From assembly GCA_050290185.1 (NCBI GenBank), contig JBNKHE010000002.1:224001-288000 (forward strand): a DNA stretch of 64,000 bases, in the 5' to 3' direction. The notes below the pieces were generated by a model. That model was given only the letters and a program-made list of their open reading frames with translations, made no database searches and was not told the origin of the DNA. Shown here one piece after another: positions 61,932-64,000 of the stretch. Every line of letters begins with the position of its first letter. The first letter of the stretch is position 1. The DNA comes from Pontiella sp. (lineage in GTDB: Bacteria; Verrucomicrobiota; Kiritimatiellia; Kiritimatiellales; Pontiellaceae). The position numbers and the translations under genes were made by a program.

Positions 61932-63158
61932 ATGGCTGTTAAGAAAGTTGCCCTGCTTACCGCCGGCGGACTGGCTCCGTGCCTCTCCACCGCTGTTGGA
62001 CGTCTCATCGAGCGCTACACCGAAGTATCCCCCGAAACCGAAATCATCGCCTATGTCGGCGGCTACAAAGGCCTGCTGAAGGGCGAGTCCATCGTCGTCA
62101 CCGACGAAATCCGAAAGAATGCAGCGATCCTCTACAAGCACGGCGGCAGCCCCATCGGCAACAGCCGTGTCAAGCTCACCAACGTAAAGGACTGCGAAAA
62201 GCGCGGCCTCGTCGAGCCCGGCGAAAACCCGCTGGAAGTCGCGGCCAACCAGCTTGTCAAGGACGGCGTTGACGTACTCCACACCATCGGGGGCGACGAC
62301 ACCAACACCACCGCCGCCGACCTTGCGGCCTTCCTCGCTGAAAACGACTACAGCCTCATTGTGGTCGGCCTGCCGAAGACCATCGACAACGACGTCTTCC
62401 CGATCAAGCAGAGCCTCGGGGCATGGACCGCCGCCGAAGAGGGTGCCAAGTATTTTGAAAACGTCGTGGCCGAACACAACGCCAATCCGCGTATGCTCAT
62501 CATCCACGAAGTCATGGGCCGCAACTGCGGCTGGCTGACCGCCTACACCGCCAAGGTCTACCACGAAAACCTCGAAGAGCTCGACTTCCTCCCGCACATC
62601 GGACTTTCCCAGGAGCGCAAGGATGTCCACGCCATCTTCGTACCGGAAATGGAAATCGACATTGCCGTCGAGGCCGAACGTCTCAAGAAGGTCATGGACG
62701 AAGTCGACAACGTAAACATCTTCATTTCCGAAGGCGCCGGCGTTGAATCGATCGTCAAGGAAATGGAAGCCGCCGGCGAAACCGTCCCGCGCGATGCCTT
62801 CGGCCACGTCAAGCTCGACGCCGTCAATCCGGGTGCCTGGTTCGGCAAGCAGTTTGCCAAACTGCTCGGCGCCGAAAAGGTGCTCATCCAGAAGTCGGGT
62901 TACTTTGCCCGCGCCGCTGCCTCCAACGAAGCCGACCTCAAGCTCATCAAGGAATGCTGCGACGTGGCGGTTGATTCCGCCATCGCCGGCATTGGCGGCG
63001 TGGTCGGCCATGACGAAGACAAGAACGACGAACTCCGCGCCTGCGAATTCCCGCGCATCGCCGGCGGCAAGCCGTTCAACATCGACGAACCATGGTTTGG
63101 CGAACTCCTCGCCGACATCGGCCAGGCCAAAGGCGCCAAGGTTGACGTTGCACATTAA
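61932..63158 (+). CDS. pfp: Pyrophosphate-dependent phosphofructokinase
   Basis: TAGGLAPC, IGGDDTNT (GGDD indicates the PPi type), PKTIDND, EVMGR; AAAGGA RBS; strongly biased codon usage. Confidence 0.93.
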   Translation: MAVKKVALLTAGGLAPCLSTAVGRLIERYTEVSPETEIIAYVGGYKGLLKGESIVVTDEIRKNAAILYKHGGSPIGNSRVKLTNVKDCEKRGLVEPGENPLEVAANQLVKDGVDVLHTIGGDDTNTTAADLAAFLAENDYSLIVVGLPKTIDNDVFPIKQSLGAWTAAEEGAKYFENVVAEHNANPRMLIIHEVMGRNCGWLTAYTAKVYHENLEELDFLPHIGLSQERKDVHAIFVPEMEIDIAVEAERLKKVMDEVDNVNIFISEGAGVESIVKEMEAAGETVPRDAFGHVKLDAVNPGAWFGKQFAKLLGAEKVLIQKSGYFARAAASNEADLKLIKECCDVAVDSAIAGIGGVVGHDEDKNDELRACEFPRIAGGKPFNIDEPWFGELLADIGQAKGAKVDVAH

Positions 63159-63206
63159 ACATGAAGCGTGATCCATGGAAATCACGCCTCACTTTTCACC
63201 TATCAT

Positions 63207-63237
63207 AGGGCAGGCTTTCGGGCCTGCCTTTTTCTTT
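63207..63237 (+). terminator. Rho-independent terminator after pfp
   Basis: GGCAGGCT-TTCG-GGCCTGCC followed by TTTTTCTTT. Confidence 0.85.
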
Positions 63238-63350
63238 AGATGCTGTCTAATGTTTCGCCTATGCGGCTTCCGGCTTTGGAAATCGGAGTGGCTCCATATA
63301 CTTTCGTCATACGTGTTTTTGAATGGAACTGAAAACCAAGGAGAAACATC

Positions 63351-63926
63351 ATGCCATCGATCAAGGGAACCGAAACCGAAAAGAATCTTCTGAAGGCCTT
63401 TGCTGGCGAATCGCAGGCCCGCAACCGCTACACCTACTTTGCCGGCGTGGCCCGCAAGGAAGGCCTCGTGCAGATGGCCGACATCTTCGAGGAAACCGCC
63501 AACCAGGAAAAGGAACATGCCAAGCGCTTCTTCAAGTTTCTTGAAGGCGGCGATCTGGAAATCACCGCTTGCTATCCCGCCGGCAAGGTCGGCACCACCA
63601 CCGAAAACCTCGAAGCCGCCGCGGCGGGCGAACACGAAGAGTGGACATCCCTTTACCCTGGTTTCGCTGCCAAGGCGCGTGAAGAAGGCTTCGTAGCCGT
63701 AGCCATGGTATTCGAAAAAATATGCATCGCCGAAAAGCAGCATGAAAAGCGCTACCGCGACCTGCTGAAAAACCTGAACGAAGGCAAGGTCTTCAAGAAG
63801 GACGGCAAGGTCATGTGGCGTTGCCGCAACTGCGGATATCTGCACGAAGGCGATGAAGCCCCGCAAATGTGCCCCGCCTGCGCCCATCCACAGGCCCACT
63901 TCGAAGTGCTCGGCGAAAATTGGTAG
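63351..63926 (+). CDS. rbr: Rubrerythrin
   Basis: AFAGESQARNRY, EKEHAK, EKQHEKRY di-iron motifs; CRNCG and CPACAHP rubredoxin domain; AAGGAG RBS. Confidence 0.95.
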   Translation: MPSIKGTETEKNLLKAFAGESQARNRYTYFAGVARKEGLVQMADIFEETANQEKEHAKRFFKFLEGGDLEITACYPAGKVGTTTENLEAAAAGEHEEWTSLYPGFAAKAREEGFVAVAMVFEKICIAEKQHEKRYRDLLKNLNEGKVFKKDGKVMWRCRNCGYLHEGDEAPQMCPACAHPQAHFEVLGENW

Positions 63927-64000
63927 GAATAAATCCTCCACCCGCTACGGTGAACCATGCCTGAAAGGCATTATTTACTGCGTAAATTATCATTCACGAT

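Noticed and set aside
61884..63941. Minus-strand ORFs of 433 aa and 250 aa
   Set aside because: Antisense shadows of pfp and rbr.

Overview
Bacterial chromosomal window from a diderm (lpxB, lpxI, autotransporters). The style of the secreted proteins and repeats suggests the PVC superphylum, probably Kiritimatiellota/Pontiella-like; that assignment is inference only. From left to right: (1) a partial ABC-F gene and a NikR-regulated ECF-type nickel/cobalt uptake operon; (2) tRNA-Gly and tRNA-Ser; (3) a Zn/Mn-type ABC operon with a His-rich outer-membrane barrel, preceded by a DUF2946-like CxxC/RAPP leader ORF; (4) housekeeping genes (coaD, rsmD, proBA, a WecA-like fusion, tRNA-Asp, an orphan parA, rsmE, dnaJ, grpE, gltS); (5) a DUF2167/Zn-ribbon membrane protein/site-2 protease operon; (6) an autotransporter, a flavoprotein, a carbonic anhydrase, GH2 and GH43 glycosidases, lpxB and lpxI; (7) a ~19 kb block of three giant surface proteins; (8) an ankyrin membrane protein, PPi-dependent phosphofructokinase and rubrerythrin. 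I saw no CRISPR array, rRNA, transposase or integrase. Best leads: a ~70-aa C-terminal domain ending in F-[YFW]-[RK]-hydrophobic, shared by four secreted proteins (candidate sorting signal); strong Thr-Asn enrichment in a passenger domain; the RAPP leader peptide ahead of the metal importer; and several different palindromic micro-repeat elements inside operons. All calls are by eye, with no database searches.
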